Part shown: piece by piece, positions 38,296 through 59,408 of the stretch | How the letters are laid out: the number at the start of each line of letters is the position of its first letter | How positions within the stretch are numbered: position 1 is the stretch's first letter | Origin: Macrostomum lignano | Taxonomy: Eukaryota | Length of the DNA stretch: 64,000 bases | Assembly: GCA_002269645.1 (NCBI GenBank) | Contig: NIVC01000149.1 | Coordinates: forward strand, 281,358 to 345,357 | Reading direction: 5' to 3' | Program-made: the position numbers and the translations under genes | Notes under the pieces: generated by a model | Databases searched by the model: none | The model's input: the letters and a program-made list of their open reading frames with translations, nothing else | What the model was told of the DNA's origin: nothing

Positions 38296-40564
38296 CAATA
38301 CATCAAATTAGAGCATCTAAATTTAAACATCTAATTGCCTGTCATACACATCGCTGTCAATGAAGGACCATGCAACTTTTTACATTGCTGTCTACTCAAT
38401 GTATAGGCCAATAACTCGCTTGTCTGCTGTTAAGAATTGAGGGCCGAGGGCTCAAAATAACTTTGAGCAGCTTTCCTGTGAGTGTCTGGACTCGGCTGTA
38501 GCCATGGCAGGTTGCCTTGAGCTGCATATTTATTAGACTGCATTCGCCAATTAATGGATTTGTCTGCTCGCGGGACCGCCCGCCACGCCCCGTGCTTTGG
38601 GCTCTGGTGGCCCCGTCAATTGATTCGGGGGCCCGAAAGGCCAGACAGAAAAGGCAGGAGTTGAATCTGCGTCTGCACAAGCATCGAAACACTTCATGTG
38701 CGCGCATGGAGAGTTGCCAGGGCCTGCTGCCCCGCCCTCCTGTGAGGTGGTGCAGCTCTCTGTGCTCGACTATGATGCAGCACAATTAACTGTTGCTGGC
38801 TGCTTGTTGCCTCTGCATTGTTGAGATGAGCCACTCCTGCCACTCCAGCCCCCCACTCTTACCCTGGGGCTTTCCCATGACTTCTTGACAAAGGCGCTGT
38901 TCTCATGGTGCTGACAATGGCTTAGCGGGGGGTTAGAGACGCTCGGCCACCGCTCAATGTGTGACACCTTTGATGGACAGGCCTGTGAGAGCGAGTCCGA
39001 GTCAAAGAGCCAGGGGTATACAGGGCATACCTCCAGTCCGCGCAGGGCCTCTTGAGCCACCCTGCCGGGCTAATTACTGCCGCTGACTGTCAGCGACAAG
39101 AGAGCAGTCCAGCGCTTCTCACGAGTTCACCTTCTCTTCTACAGCTGAGCTCCCGTTCAAGCAGGGGGGACTGACTGCCGGCTGCTGCAGCCACCCACTT
39201 TGCCGCGGCTGACTGATGAGAGCTGTCAACCTGACAGCCGCCGCGGCCGCTGATTCGCGGGCGGTCCCGCCTTCCCAGCCTCCTCATCAGCGTCATCACG
39301 GTTTGAGTCTTTTTTTGTCCGGCTCTGTCTCTCGGCTCTCAGGCGTGAGACCATGGACTCCCGCTGAGTCGGTTGCTGCCAAATTGCCGTTGCTTTTAGT
39401 AGACGCAATTGGCTCTGCAATTTGCCCGACCAGGCGGTCGCTTTCCGGCCACCAACCCCCCCCCCCCTATTTTCGAGTCCCCGACTTCGCCACTCAACTT
39501 TGGTCTGTCTCGGCGAGATTCCCATGAGCCCTCGAGTCAGCGAAGGCTGTCTCGTCTAGACATAATAGATTATAAGTTCGCGCTCAACAAGGTGCGCCCT
39601 GCATTTGCATGTGCGATTATGAGCAAGTACTGTCACACTATACAGCAAAACCCGCGTGTTCGGTAGTGGACCACGGGCTGGGGGCGTTTCGTGAGCTCAA
39701 AATTTCATATTCATCGAAAAGAGTTGCTTGGCAATTGCCATTTCCGTTAGTTCAAAACTTCACTGGTAACGGAAACTTTGCTCACTTTTAAATATTCCAG
39801 TGGCCCTGAAATATAATGAAATACATTAAAATAGGCGAATTCTCGTTTTGATTGTCCATTCCACATTCTATGCTGGTGTATTCCCGAGCAGCCCGAGCCT
39901 GTGGCCTGGCTGGAATGGCCATGGCGTCCAGTTTTGATTGTCCAAACTCCCATTTAGATCGTTAACCGACTGTTTTAGCGCTTTAGTTAATATTAGTTTT
40001 TTTCCTGAAATAGTAGAAATAGTGGCCAAATGAATCTAAAAACAATTTTAAAGAACGCCTCTGATTTCGCATTGAATTTGCTGTATTGTATAATTTTAGT
40101 GCAGCTGCACTCACGGCGCGCGAACGCCTTGGGCGGGGGGAGTACAGTACGTATGCACCACAGTCAGGATCAGGGGTAGCGATCTCTAAAAGAAGTACAG
40201 AAAAACAATGTTAGCACGCAAGCAAACGAGAGGCATGCAAACAGCAAGCAGAAGATACAAAATGAGCAAATAATAACATTCAATGTGTTGTGTAGGCCCG
40301 GTCGCTACAAAAATTGATAAATATTCGCGAGCACCGCAGTCGAAGTTGAACAAAAATAGAAAACGCTAAAATATTGGAAGCGAATACGATAGAAAAACAA
40401 AAATTAAATTTATATTTAAAGAAATTTTCGCCCATACATATTTGGCAATTCTACGTGAGCTTTGCTGCAGTTCAGAAACAGCGGCTGCATTGAGAGTTCT
40501 GTTCATTTTAAGCTCGTGTGTTATCAAGGTCCGCAGTCTCCCAGCATCCCTGGCGGCGTCATCA

Positions 40565-47790
<7,226 letters not shown>

Positions 47791-48914
47791 GGCGGCTTCG
47801 TGGTTAGAGAGAGAGAGAAGAGAAGAGAGTCGAGCTCAGGTTCGGGTCTGGAGGCGCTGGCACCCACAGGTCTCAGTCTCTGTCTGTCTGTCTCTCAAGG
47901 TGGCTCTCGGCGGGCCCTGATTTTAATTGACACCGCGGCCAAAGAGTTTGACGCCAAACCCAAAAAGTTCGCCGCAACCCGCACCCAACCCCAACCCCTT
48001 AGCCGCTCCTGCTGGCGTTGCCTGGGGTGGAGCTGGGTTGGGGGCCTCGGAGACCTGCTCCGAGCATCATTGGCTGCTTGCGAACCAATGGGCTGCCGTC
48101 CCCCTCTCTCTCTGCTCTCTCCATTAAGCCCCGGCGGATATGTGCGGCTGGGTGTTAATTAACAAAACTTTTACAAACGCTTAACATGCATGTCTACACC
48201 GCTACTGCTGGGCAATGCGAATCCCCCTCCCTCATCGCCCAGCCTCTCCGCTTGCGCAATCCGAGTCGGTCCGGGCTATCAGGGGGGATTTTTTAGTGTT
48301 TTCTCCCCGAGAATTGGAGCAAAACAATTGTGTGCCCCCGGGGCCCGACAAGGGAGAGTCGCAGATGGAGCGAAGGAGAATCTGGGAGAGTCTGGGAGCG
48401 GGCAACAACAAAGAGGTCGCGCCACTTATTATTATTATAACTGGGACCCCCGGTAACTGTTCGGGTGAAAGTTTGCCGCGGCCACTCAATGTTGCAAACA
48501 GCCAGTCGGGACACCCGCAGGCGCCTTCGCCATCAACCTCGGGGGCCACTCAGCGCCGCAGCAGCCAAGGGCTTGGCGGGCCTCTCTGCCAGCTCTCCAG
48601 CTGTGTTGCTAGGTCGGGTCCTGGGGCAATTGGCAGGACCATGCAGCAGTCCTTTTGGGGTTCAAGAGGACTTTCCAATTCTTTGGGGCCAAATCTGACA
48701 ATTATGAGAGCAACAGATGAGAGATGAATAGCGGAGGTGCAGCGCCCAGGTGTCTTTTTTGAGGCAGTTTCAGCCAAACTCTTTGAATCCGACTCCCCTT
48801 CTACTTCAATTTTAATTTCTCAGCCATGCCTCTCCTGTCTTCTCACTCTGCGGCTCCTCTTTGCCACTTCTCACTCCGGTCTCTGCTTATCTTCGTGCTT
48901 CTCCACGTGCCTCA

Positions 48915-50075
48915 TAGTTCTTCCTCTCTCCCCCATGTCTGCCTTCCCCTCCCCCTCTCTCTCTCATGTCTGCCTTCCCCTCCCCCCTCTCTCCCTCATG
49001 TCTGCCTTCCCCTCCCCCTCTCTCCCTCATGTCTGCCTTCCCCTCCCCCCTCTCTCCCTCATGTCTGCCTTCCCCTCCCCCCCCTCTCCCTCATATCTGC
49101 CTTCCCCTCTCCCCCTCTCTCCCTCATGTCTGCCTTCCCCTCTCCCCTCTCTCCCTCATGTCTGCCTTCCCCTCCCCCTCTCTCCCTCATGTCTGCCTTC
49201 CCCTCCCCCCTCTCCCTCATATCTGCATTCCTCTCCCCCCTCTCTCCCTCATATCTGCATTCCTCTCCCCCCTCTCTCCCTCATATCTGCCTTCCCCTCT
49301 CCCCCTCTCTCCCTCATATCTGCCTTCCCCTCTCCCCCTCTCTCCCTCATCTCTGCCTTCCCCTCTCCCCCTCTCTCCCTCATCTCTGCCTTCCCCTCCC
49401 CCCCTCTCTCCCTCATATCTGCCTTCCCCTCTCCCCCTCTCTCCCTCATATCTGCCTTCCCCTCTCCCCCTCTCTCCTCATGTCTGCCTTCCCCTCCCCC
49501 CTCTCTCCCTCATGTCTGCCTTCCCCTCCCCCTCTCTCCCTCATGTCTGCCTTCCCCTCCCCCCTCTCTCCCTCATGTCTGCCTTCCCCTTCCCCCTCTC
49601 TCCCTCATATCTGCCTTCCCCTCTCCCCCTCTCTCCCTCATGTCTGCATTCCTCTCCCCCTCTCCCCTCATATCTGCCTTCCCCTCTCCCCCTCTCTCCC
49701 TCATATCTGCCTTCCCCTCTCCCCCTCTCTCCCTCATCTCTGCCTTCCCCTCTCCCCCTCTCTCCCTCATCTCTGCCTTCCCCTCTCCCCCTCTCTCCCT
49801 CATATCTGCATTCCCCTCTCCCCCTCTCTCCCTCATGTCTGCCTTCCCCTCCCCCCTCTCTCCCTCATGTCTGCCTTCCCCTCTCCCTCTCTCCCTCATC
49901 TCTGCCTTCCCCTCCCCCCTCTCTCCCTCATCTCTGCCTTCCCCTCTCCCCCTCTCTCCCTCATATCTGCATTCCCCTCTCCCCCTCTCTCCCTCATATC
50001 TGCCTTCCCCTCCCTCCCTCTCTCCCTCATCTCTGCCTTCCCCTCTCCCTCTCTCCCTCATCTCTGTCCATCTCT
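48915..50075. repeat. 1.15-kb polypyrimidine minisatellite (CTCTCTCCCTCATGTCTGCCTTCCCCTCCCCC-like)
   Basis: Seen directly. Confidence 0.95.
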
Positions 50076-50794
50076 CCCCTTTCGTCTCTATCCCATATCT
50101 ATTTCTTTGTCCGTTAATTATCATTTAATTTTTTTCTTTTTCTTCAAGTGCTTCCATCCTTAGTTTCCCCTAACGAGCAGCCTACCCATTAGTTGAACTT
50201 GCATAAACAAAGCAGGACTGTTTTAAGCAGCAGTTTAAAAACTGAAGAGCTGAACTATTAACCTGTAGATGGCGCTTGCCGATGCTATCCAGCCACTGTG
50301 TTGCGTCAGCTAGCATTGTTAACAGGCGGCATAGCAACCGCATGGAAACGCGCTATATTCGCACACACACATGGCAATGGGTGCAGTGACAGCCGTGCAT
50401 CCGCAGGAGGCAGACTGTTCAGCCCCATATTTCGCCGCCCTCAAACTTACCTGACAGACATGCGGAGTCGCGCACATTTCATTCCTGTTCGGACGCAATC
50501 AGAGCATTGTCTCCGAGCGCCTCAGAGGCCCTGACCACTCATTGTCAACAACTGCCTGCCCCCACCCAACAGCTGTCAATCATAAATCATACTGCAGGGC
50601 TGCAAACAATTAGAAAGTTGAAAGGGAAAGGTGATTTAGTGGCCTGCCTGCCATGACCTTCGTGTCATCAGAGGATGTGCGACTTGTGATCACGTGTCGA
50701 CAGTAGCAGTCAAGTAAAGATCTCATTTCCTGCCTGCCTCATGAAAAAATTATGAATTTGTGATTAAACATTGCTGATCCCCGACCGAAACACT

Positions 50795-51178
50795 CAGTCA
50801 CAGATCTCTGAACTCCTCAGTCACAGATCTCTGAACTCCTCAGTCACAGATCTCTGAACTCCTCAGTCACAGATCTCTGAAATCCTCAGTCACAGATCTC
50901 TGAAATCCTCAGTCACAGATTTCTGAACTCCTCAGTCACAGATCTCTGAAATCCTCAGTCACAGATCTCTGAAATCCTCAGTCACAGATCTCTGAAATCC
51001 TCAGTCACAGATCTCTGAAATCCTCAGTCACAGATTTCTGAACTCCTCAGTCACAGATCTCTGAACTCCTCAGTCACAGATCTCTGAAATCCTCAGTCAC
51101 AGATCTCTGAAATCCTCAGTCACAGATCTGATGCCCTCAGTCACAGATCTCTCAAATCTCCAGTCACAGATCTCTGAA
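50795..51178. repeat. 23-bp minisatellite (TCAGTCACAGATCTCTGAAATCC)
   Basis: Seen directly. Confidence 0.95.
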
Positions 51179-52077
51179 GACTCTGAGAACACTCCAAAAT
51201 CATCATTGAATTTCATAGAAAATCCCTTCTGATCAGGAAAATGAGTTTGATTTTTTAAATTTTAACCCTCATGAAAATTTTAATCTCCGATGAGCCATGA
51301 AGGTGAAAAACCCCCCCTGCTTAATCCTTTGTTTTATCCTCTCATGCACAGGGATCGCATGCGGGATTGGGGATGAGTGAGACCTGCTGGGATTCCGAGA
51401 ACTCCATCCAAATCCCATTTATGACAATGCGAAACAATGAACAATTTTTTCAAGACCTCACAGCTGAGACGAAAATGTCATTTCCCTGTCAAATCAAGTG
51501 GCAAATTTCTGCGCAAAGATAAATATGGGCCCTGCATGCGCCTCGCTGTGATCAGAAACCGCAAACATCACCTCGGCAACCAACTCTGTTTACTCAAGCG
51601 GTTGAGCAGGACTCAGACAGATCCCCTTCGCGAGCCCCCATTCCCCTTTCCCGAAGAATCCCAAATTAAAAACAGTGCCCATCTGGGTGGTCTGATCCCA
51701 ATTTCTGCCACTTGCTCGGCAAACATTGCGGCTGCCGTTGGTCATTCAACACATTTGGGGCCGAGTCGAAGTCTTTGTTTTGCGACAACTCTTTGTGTGT
51801 GCGGTTGACCTGCCGGGCGTCACGTGTGAGAAGTTAATGGCCTAAATAGGCTGCCCCGTTGGGTTGCTCAGCGGCAAGATTTGAACAAAGATTAGCGACT
51901 TAAAATGGTCGTTAATAACATGAGCAAAGAGATTTCACTCTGCCACTTGTTTGGATTTTCACAGCTCAACAGCTGACAGATACTCCGCGGGCTGCAGTTG
52001 GCAACAGTGTTCTTGGGGACAAGTCTCCGACTGAGGATTAAAGTAACCAGGGGGGGGGGAGTACAGGAATTCCTAGG

Positions 52078-52935
52078 GCTGTCAGATCCCAGAATAGCAC
52101 CGTCAGATCCGAGAATGGCACCGTCAGATCCGCGAATGGCACCGTCAGATCAGAGAATGGCACCGTCAGATCCGCGAATGGCACCGTCAGATCAGAGAAT
52201 GGCATCGTCAGATCCGAGAATGGCACCGTCAGATCCGAGAATGGCACCGTCAGATCCGAGAACGGCACCGTCAGATCCCAGAATGGCACCGTCAGATCCG
52301 AGAATGGCACCGTCAGATCCGAGAATGGCACCGTCAGATCCGAGAACGGCACCGTCAGATCCCAGAATGGCACCGTCAGATCCGAGAATGGCACCGTCAG
52401 ATCCGCGAATGGCACCGTCAGATCAGAGAATGGCACCGTCAGATCCGCGAATGGCACCGTCAGATCCGAGAATGGCACCGTCAGATCCCAGAATGGCACC
52501 GTCAGATCCCAGAATGACACCGTCAGATCCGAGAACGGCACCGTCAGATCCCAGAATGGCACCGTCAGATCCCAGAATGACACCGTCAGATCCCAGAATG
52601 GCACCGTCAGATCCGAGAATGGCACCGTCAGATCCGAGAATGGCACCGTCAGATCCGAGAATGGCACCGTCAGATCCGAGAATGGCACCGTCAGATCCGA
52701 GAATGGCACCATCAGATCCGAGAATGGCACCGTCAGATTCGAGAATGGCACCGTCAGATCCCAGAATGGCACCGTCAGATGAGAGAATGACACCGTCAGA
52801 TCCGAGAATGGCACCGTCAGTCTTGAGAATGGCACCGTCAGATCCGAGAATGGCACCGTCAGATCCGAGAATGACACCGTCAGATCCGAGAATGGCACCA
52901 TCAGATCCGAGAATGGCACCGTCAGATCCGAGAAC
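52078..52935. repeat. 21-bp minisatellite (GCACCGTCAGATCCGAGAATG)
   Basis: About 40 units; source of the MAPSDPR ORF. Confidence 0.97.
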
Positions 52936-54214
52936 ACCCGAATGTCAAGAAAGCGGCAGGAAGGACTGTCTGACAAATGCCCCAGAGACCATAAAAGGTA
53001 TTAATTGTCATGTCGTTCGTGATGTACAAAGTAACAATTTTCTGATCGAGAATTCCTTCATGTCCGCCTGAACAGTATTGAAAATATGCGGCCAGATATT
53101 CAGAGGAAATCACGAACAGAGGAGACCCAGCATGCGCCATAGAAATCAGCCTAGGAACTCGCCACTTCGAGTCCTATAGCAGTGATTGCTTCCAAGCACG
53201 GAAGAGGACAGGAGCAAAAGAAAGCAGAGATGTTGCGCACGCACTACAGCTCTGAGGTCATTATTCCCAACCCAGACGGAGGCGTGCTTACATATAATTA
53301 TCAGAAGCCAGAACTCATCACTCTCTCTTAGTTTCCAGCGTAAATATTAACTCACCCGATGGGGTGTTTCCTAGAAAGAGTGCGTGGGGATGGGAGGCCC
53401 CCCTGCGGGAGGGAGGTGACGTTGGGCGAGAGTTAAATAGAAAGATTTGTGCTGAGCGAGCAAAAGGTTATTATAATAATGGCTTGACTGCGATTGAAGG
53501 TGAGTGGGGGCGGGCGGTAGATGAGGGGGGGAGACTCGATCGAGAGGGGGGGGGCGGAGTCGGTAAATGATGTTTAACTTGGCTGGCAACTAAGGTTTAC
53601 AATATATTGGAGCACAATGGCGAGAGGGCGAGTTCGGTGTTGGCCCCATTGTGCTTGCGGCGCGTGACAATCACAGATGGGGGAAAGTCGGGCAGGCAGA
53701 AAACTTGCTTTGGCTCTTTATGCCTTGAGGAAAATTGGATAATTTTCGGAATTGCGGCCTATAGTTTTGCTTTTTTGTTGTTTCCATGATTTTCTCAGCA
53801 ATTATGCACCGAAAGTTCAGCATTGCATTTTGATTTCTAACAAAAAATATCGTTTCATTCATTAATTGGGAGCGCATATTAGGTGCGAATAGAATTAGCT
53901 AATTTATTGCTAACTGCAGGTCAAATGAAATATGGGAATTTAATATGCGCTGAGTTTTTACTGCCGGTTTTTTCCGCCTTGCCAACCATTTTTGTGAGTC
54001 GGATTGCTCATCTGAGCCTTTTATTTCATATTGGGTTCGAGACTAAACAGGTTCAGTCAATTCCGAGTGTCTATCAGCTGTCTGTCAGTTGTCTGTCAGT
54101 TGCTGTCAGCTGTTTACCTGTCATTTTTAGCATATTGGATTGTCGATCTGTGTCTGACAGGTTTCTGAGAGCTCTGAACATGCTTCTGTGAAGTCCTGTC
54201 CCCTTCGAATATCT

Positions 54215-55270
54215 TCCTGACAGCTCCTGACATCTCCGATCTTGTTCCTGACAGCTCCTGACATCTCCGATCTTGTTCCTGACAGCTCCTGACATCTCCG
54301 ATCTTGTTCCTGACAGCTCCTGACATCTCCGATCTTGTTCCTGACAGCTCCTGACATCTCCGATCTTGTTCCTGACAGCTCCTGACATCTCCGATCTTGT
54401 TCCTGACAGCTCCTGACATCTCCGATCTTGTTCCTGACAGCTCCTGACATCTCCGATCTTGTTCCTGACAGCTCCTGACATCTCCGATCTTGTTCCTGAC
54501 AGCTCCTGACATCTCCGATCTTGTTCCTGACAGCTCCTGACATCTCCGATCTTGCTCCTGACAGCTCCTGACATCTCCGATCTTGTTCCTGACAGCTCCT
54601 GACATCTCCGATCTTGTTCCTGACAGCTCCTGACATCTCCGATCTTGCTCCTGACAGCTCCTGACATCTCCGATCTTGTTCCTGACAGCTCCTGACATCT
54701 CCGATCTTGTTCCTGACAGCTCCTGACATCTCCGATTCGGTTCCTGACAGCTCTTGACAGTTCCAGTCTGGTTCCTGACAGCCCTAATCTGGTTCCTGAC
54801 AGCCCTGATCTGGTTCCTAACAGCCCTGATCTGGTTCCTGACAGCCCTGATCTGGTTCCTGACAGCCCTGATCTGGTTCCTGACCCTGACAGCTCTGATC
54901 TGGTTCCTGACAGCTCTGATCTGGTTCCTGATCCTGACAGCTCTGATCTGGTTCCTGACAGATCTGATTTGGTTCCTCCTGACAGCCCTGATCTGGTTCC
55001 TGACAGCAGCTCTGATCTGGTTCCTGACAGCCCTGATCTGGTTCCTGACAGCCCTGATCTGGTTCCTGACAGCCCTGATCTGGTTCCTGACAGCTCTGAT
55101 CTGGTTCCTGATCCTGACAGCTCTGATCTGGTTCCTGACAGCTCTGATTTGGTTCCTCCTGACAGTCCTGATCTGGTTCCTGATAGCCCTGATCTGGTTT
55201 CTGACAGCTCTGATTTGGTTCCTGACAGCTCTGATCTGGTTCCTGACAGCTCTGATTTGGTTCCTGACAT
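54215..55270. repeat. Compound array: 31-bp unit (54215-54735) then 21-bp unit (54760-55270), both built on CCTGACAGC
   Basis: Seen directly. Confidence 0.95.
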
Positions 55271-56294
55271 CTTTCGGACACTTTATGACCGTTAATAGTA
55301 GCTCTTAAAGCTCCTGACAATGCGCCAGAAAAGGTTGCTCCTTTCAATACCCACACTAACACGTATTCTTAGAAACCCATTTCTTAGTTTATGAAGTTGA
55401 GAGTTGTGGCAGTCAAGCAATCAAGCAGTTCATTACGCAGAACTGTAGCGCAGCTGGCGCTGACTGCAACCAACTGTCTATGGCCCGAACCGCTCTCTCT
55501 AGGCTGGACTGAGGAGGGAGGAGGTCGAAGGTCGAGGGCGCTACGATGGCGCAATGTCCTCATCAGGGAAGGGGATCTAGTCAGCCAGCCAAGAGTGAAG
55601 ACCGACCCCCCAGTCAGCCTGAGGGTCCCCGTTCCCAATTTTTAGTCACCAAGGCGATGGATAGGAGGCCTTTTTGGGCGGAGGTTCGAATGTTCGAATA
55701 TCAGCTTGTTTGGCCTGTTATCATCGAATCTAGCCCCCCCCTCTAAGCCGGGCCCACAGGACAAAAAAATAACAGAATTCCTCAAGCGGGGGTTGAGCAT
55801 AGCAGGGAGAGCAACCACTTGAAGAGGTGGCGGGCTGCGCACAAAGGCAAAAGACTCGGCACACAAAACAGGCTTTTTTGTCAAGAGGCCGGATGATACG
55901 AGGGATGATGAGGGGGTCCTGATCTGCATCATTTAGCCGTTTCGCCTTCGGGGCAAATCCGCAAGAACGGACAGACGGAGATGATTGACGGGATATTATA
56001 TAGGACTCGAGCCCGGGGCAACACATGGCGCCTCGTGCCCCTCGCTAGTCGAATATCGACATGCGCCTCCACAAGTAATTTTTTCACCGCCACAACAGCC
56101 GAGACTCTTTTGTACATTTCCCTATTGTTGAATTGGGATTTGTATGGATGCAACAGCTTGCCCATCAATTGTCAATGTAAGAAATGCTGTAACGATTACG
56201 ATTTATCATTGATGCTTAAAAAGCAAAGGTTTTAATTTAAAGTGACTTCCTGTACTGTACGATTAAAAACGTTAGTTGTATCCTTTGTAAGTAA

Positions 56295-56365
56295 GCATCG
56301 GTGGTTCAGTGGTAGAATGCTCGCCTGCCACGCGGGCGGCCCGGGTTCGATTCCCGGCCGATGCA
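56295..56365 (+). tRNA. tRNA-Gly(GCC)
   Basis: 71 nt. Acceptor stem GCATCGG/CCGATGC, A box TGGTTCAGTGG, anticodon loop CTGCCAC, B box GGTTCGATTCC, followed by a T7 Pol III terminator. Confidence 0.98.
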
Positions 56366-59102
56366 ACTTTTTTATGCAGGAATTTCGATTAAACAGTTTT
56401 TATTTATTTAAAATTTGATTAGTTAATTCGAAAACTCTCTAATCCAAAATCCAAAAACAAAACTCTTGTTTTACAATGGTGGAATCGCTTGAATTTTCTT
56501 GATGTGTAGGTATAAATCTACATGATCATGGTCATGATGCATGATCGACGATAAACACAAACACGGTGCGGTGCGATCTTGGTCTTGATCAAAACTCAAA
56601 AGGTATGCAAATTGCAATTTCAATTTGCATGATATAGAAATGAATTTAACTATAAAAATTTTTTGGATGGTTGGCTTTGCTTGCTAGCTGGCTACTGCTA
56701 CTATCAATTTAGTATTAGACTAGAGCGTTATGGACAAGCATACAAATATTAGAGATTTAGTATATTTAGATTTAGTTAACAACTGAAAGCAAAGCACTAG
56801 GTATTTGTATCTGTGATTTGTTAAAACTTGCGCAATATTCATTAAAATTGCTAGAAATATCCAATATTACATATAGTATTTAATAGCTTGCACTGCAATC
56901 AATCAAAATCATTCGAAAATTATTCTTAAATAAGTGTTTTAACTGATTCTTCACTGAGACAAATAATTTATATTAGCCATCTTTATAAACTCGTCCTTTT
57001 TTAATCCCCGACTATTGATAGTACGAAAAAACGATTTACACAACATATCGGACACAACAAAAACTGCACATTCAGCAATAACTAGATAAATCTTGATTTT
57101 CTCTCTTATTTTTAACAAGCTAAGTATGAGCTGCCTGGCCTGCTGTTACACTGAAGCTCTACAGTTGTGGTTAGGGGCCATTAGCTGTGCTCCGCCGTCG
57201 GACCTCGGGTCTCCAATTACACGCCTCCGAAATTCACATTTTAATAAATACAAGCTATCAGGCCATGGCTTGTTGTCAGCCAACCCAGCTCAAATGCAGA
57301 CACATGAGAGGCGGGCTGGCCAGGCAGAGGGGGTCGCCCTTGACGCGTGCGTCTCTTGACTCGACTGTCTCTGCTGGCCGGGGGTGGCCCGCTCTCACGC
57401 TGGGAGAGGCAGCTCCGCAGCCCAGTGCTCGACACAGGCCAGACACGCCAACAGTGAAGGGCCGCCGTAAGCTCTGCGGAGATATTTAGTAAGAAATGCG
57501 ACTTAGTTATTATTTGACGCCGGGGTCAAATTTCCCGCCGCTTGATCCCCCCGTGCCGAATGGAGGGGCAGAGGGCGGTCTTGATTGAGCCCCGAGATTC
57601 AGCAGCCCCGCGCGCTCCGTGCCAGCGGGGGTTCCGCCCCGAACTCAACTCTCTGCATGCTCAGCAATATAGTCGCGATTTTGAGTGGGAGATGACGGTG
57701 AGAGTTAAAGAGAGAGGCGGAGTGGAGGGGCCGCCATTAATTAGCGCCCGTGGGGCTTCCGCGGTTGGCGGGGCCTCAGATTTTGTTACAGAGCCGAGCA
57801 GGAGCTCAACTCAGGCCAAAAGGTGCCCCCCCAAAATGGAGAGGGCCGGCCCTCCAGCCCAGCTGTTGTCCGAATCAGGCAGAAGCGGCCTCTCCTTCAC
57901 TTGGCAACCCGGCATGGGGGAGGCGCGACCCCCACAGGGGGTTTCGGTAGAGCGAGTCGAGTAGGGGCCCTGAGCAGTGGCGAAGGCACAAAGCCATGGG
58001 AAGAGAAGACTGGGAATCAGTTTAATAGGCACGCGCGTCTCGCCCTCTCGCGCCCGGTCGCTTGGTCCAGTTTTTAGATAAATTTATCGGAGCATGTTCT
58101 TATGCGGCCTACTCACAATCAGTAGGAGAGTGCGCGCCTTTTCATTATTTATCAGAGTTAAGATACTGCGCAGAATTATATAATAATTTGGCCAGCGTAG
58201 AAAGGAAGTTATTTTATGATTTTGCATATCGGCGAGTAATAAATTATGGAATTAATTTCGCATTTGTCGAAGCGTACAGGAAATGCCTCTGTGCCGAGCG
58301 CAGGCAAAAAGCAAAAAAATCATCCAACCGTTTTCCTTTTATTAAAATTTCAATATTAGAAAATTCGGTACATTTTTATCACTTTATCGAGCACGGAAAT
58401 TATTCACTTTTTCCGTCCCATTTTTTTTCAGTCAGCCATCCAACTAACGGAGCAGACAACCTGCTGTTAAACTTCAGGATCCAACCTGGTGATGCTTTCA
58501 CTGCACTTCTCTGTTTCACCTCCTGGCAGTAGGAATTAGGCAGAGAAAACTTTTGTACGAAAATGCATTGCAAAGTACTTGTTGGCTTGCGCTGTGCGGC
58601 GCAATGGAAACACTGGAAAGTAGGGAAGAAGGGGAGAGGAGGAGGGGAAAGGATCAATACAAGAATAATGACTGTACAGCCCGTATAGCCGTGGGGATCG
58701 AAGTTGTGTTTGTGGAGGCAGTAAGTAGTACAGTTTAGGGGATCATGATTGCGGAGGGGAGAAATTTAGCGGAGATTTGGGGAGGTGCGCAGAACCAGAT
58801 CCCAATTGCTGCACTAGACGGGAATGGAAACGAAGAAGGTCGGCCGGCTGGTTGCTGGGGCGTGGGTGCAGAGCTTGGACAGGCCTTGCTTGGTGGCGAA
58901 AGTCTGACGAACTGCATGTATCCGCTGCAGATGCCCCAGAACCCGTCTTTTGTCTGTATTTCAGCGTACATTGCTGCGCTGCCCCATACTGGCATTTCAA
59001 AATAGTGACTGCGTGCCTCGGTGTGCTGCTGCGATAATATTTGTTCAGTGGGCGCAATAGTGAAGCGTCTACAGATGCTTCTGTGTTCATTTTGTTCATG
59101 CT

Positions 59103-59408
59103 ATCTGCATGTGTTCATGCTTTCTGTGTTCATGCTTTCTGTGTTCATGCTTTCTGTGTTCATGCTTTCTGTGTTCATGCTTTCTGTGTTCATGCTTTCT
59201 GTGTTCATGCTTTCTGTGTTCATGCTTTCTGTGTTCATGCTTTCTGTGTTCATGCTTTCTGTGTTCATGCTGTCTCTGTTCATGCTTTCTGTGTTCATGC
59301 TTTCTGTGTTCATGCTTTCTGTGTTCATGCTTTCTGTGTTCATGCTTTCTGTGTTCATGCTTTCTGTGTTCATGCTTTCTGTGTTCATGCTTTCTGTGTT
59401 CATGCTTT
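59103..59408. repeat. 15-bp minisatellite (TTCATGCTTTCTGTG)
   Basis: About 20 nearly perfect units. Confidence 0.97.

Noticed and set aside
50262-50276. CTCF-like motif CCTGTAGATGGCGC
   Set aside because: A single imperfect match that is expected by chance in 64 kb, and CTCF is reported absent from flatworms.
55929-56235. Short ORFs with a weak retroelement-like DGILYR...RLVP word
   Set aside because: Too short, with no flanking RT, RNase H or integrase motifs and no LTRs.
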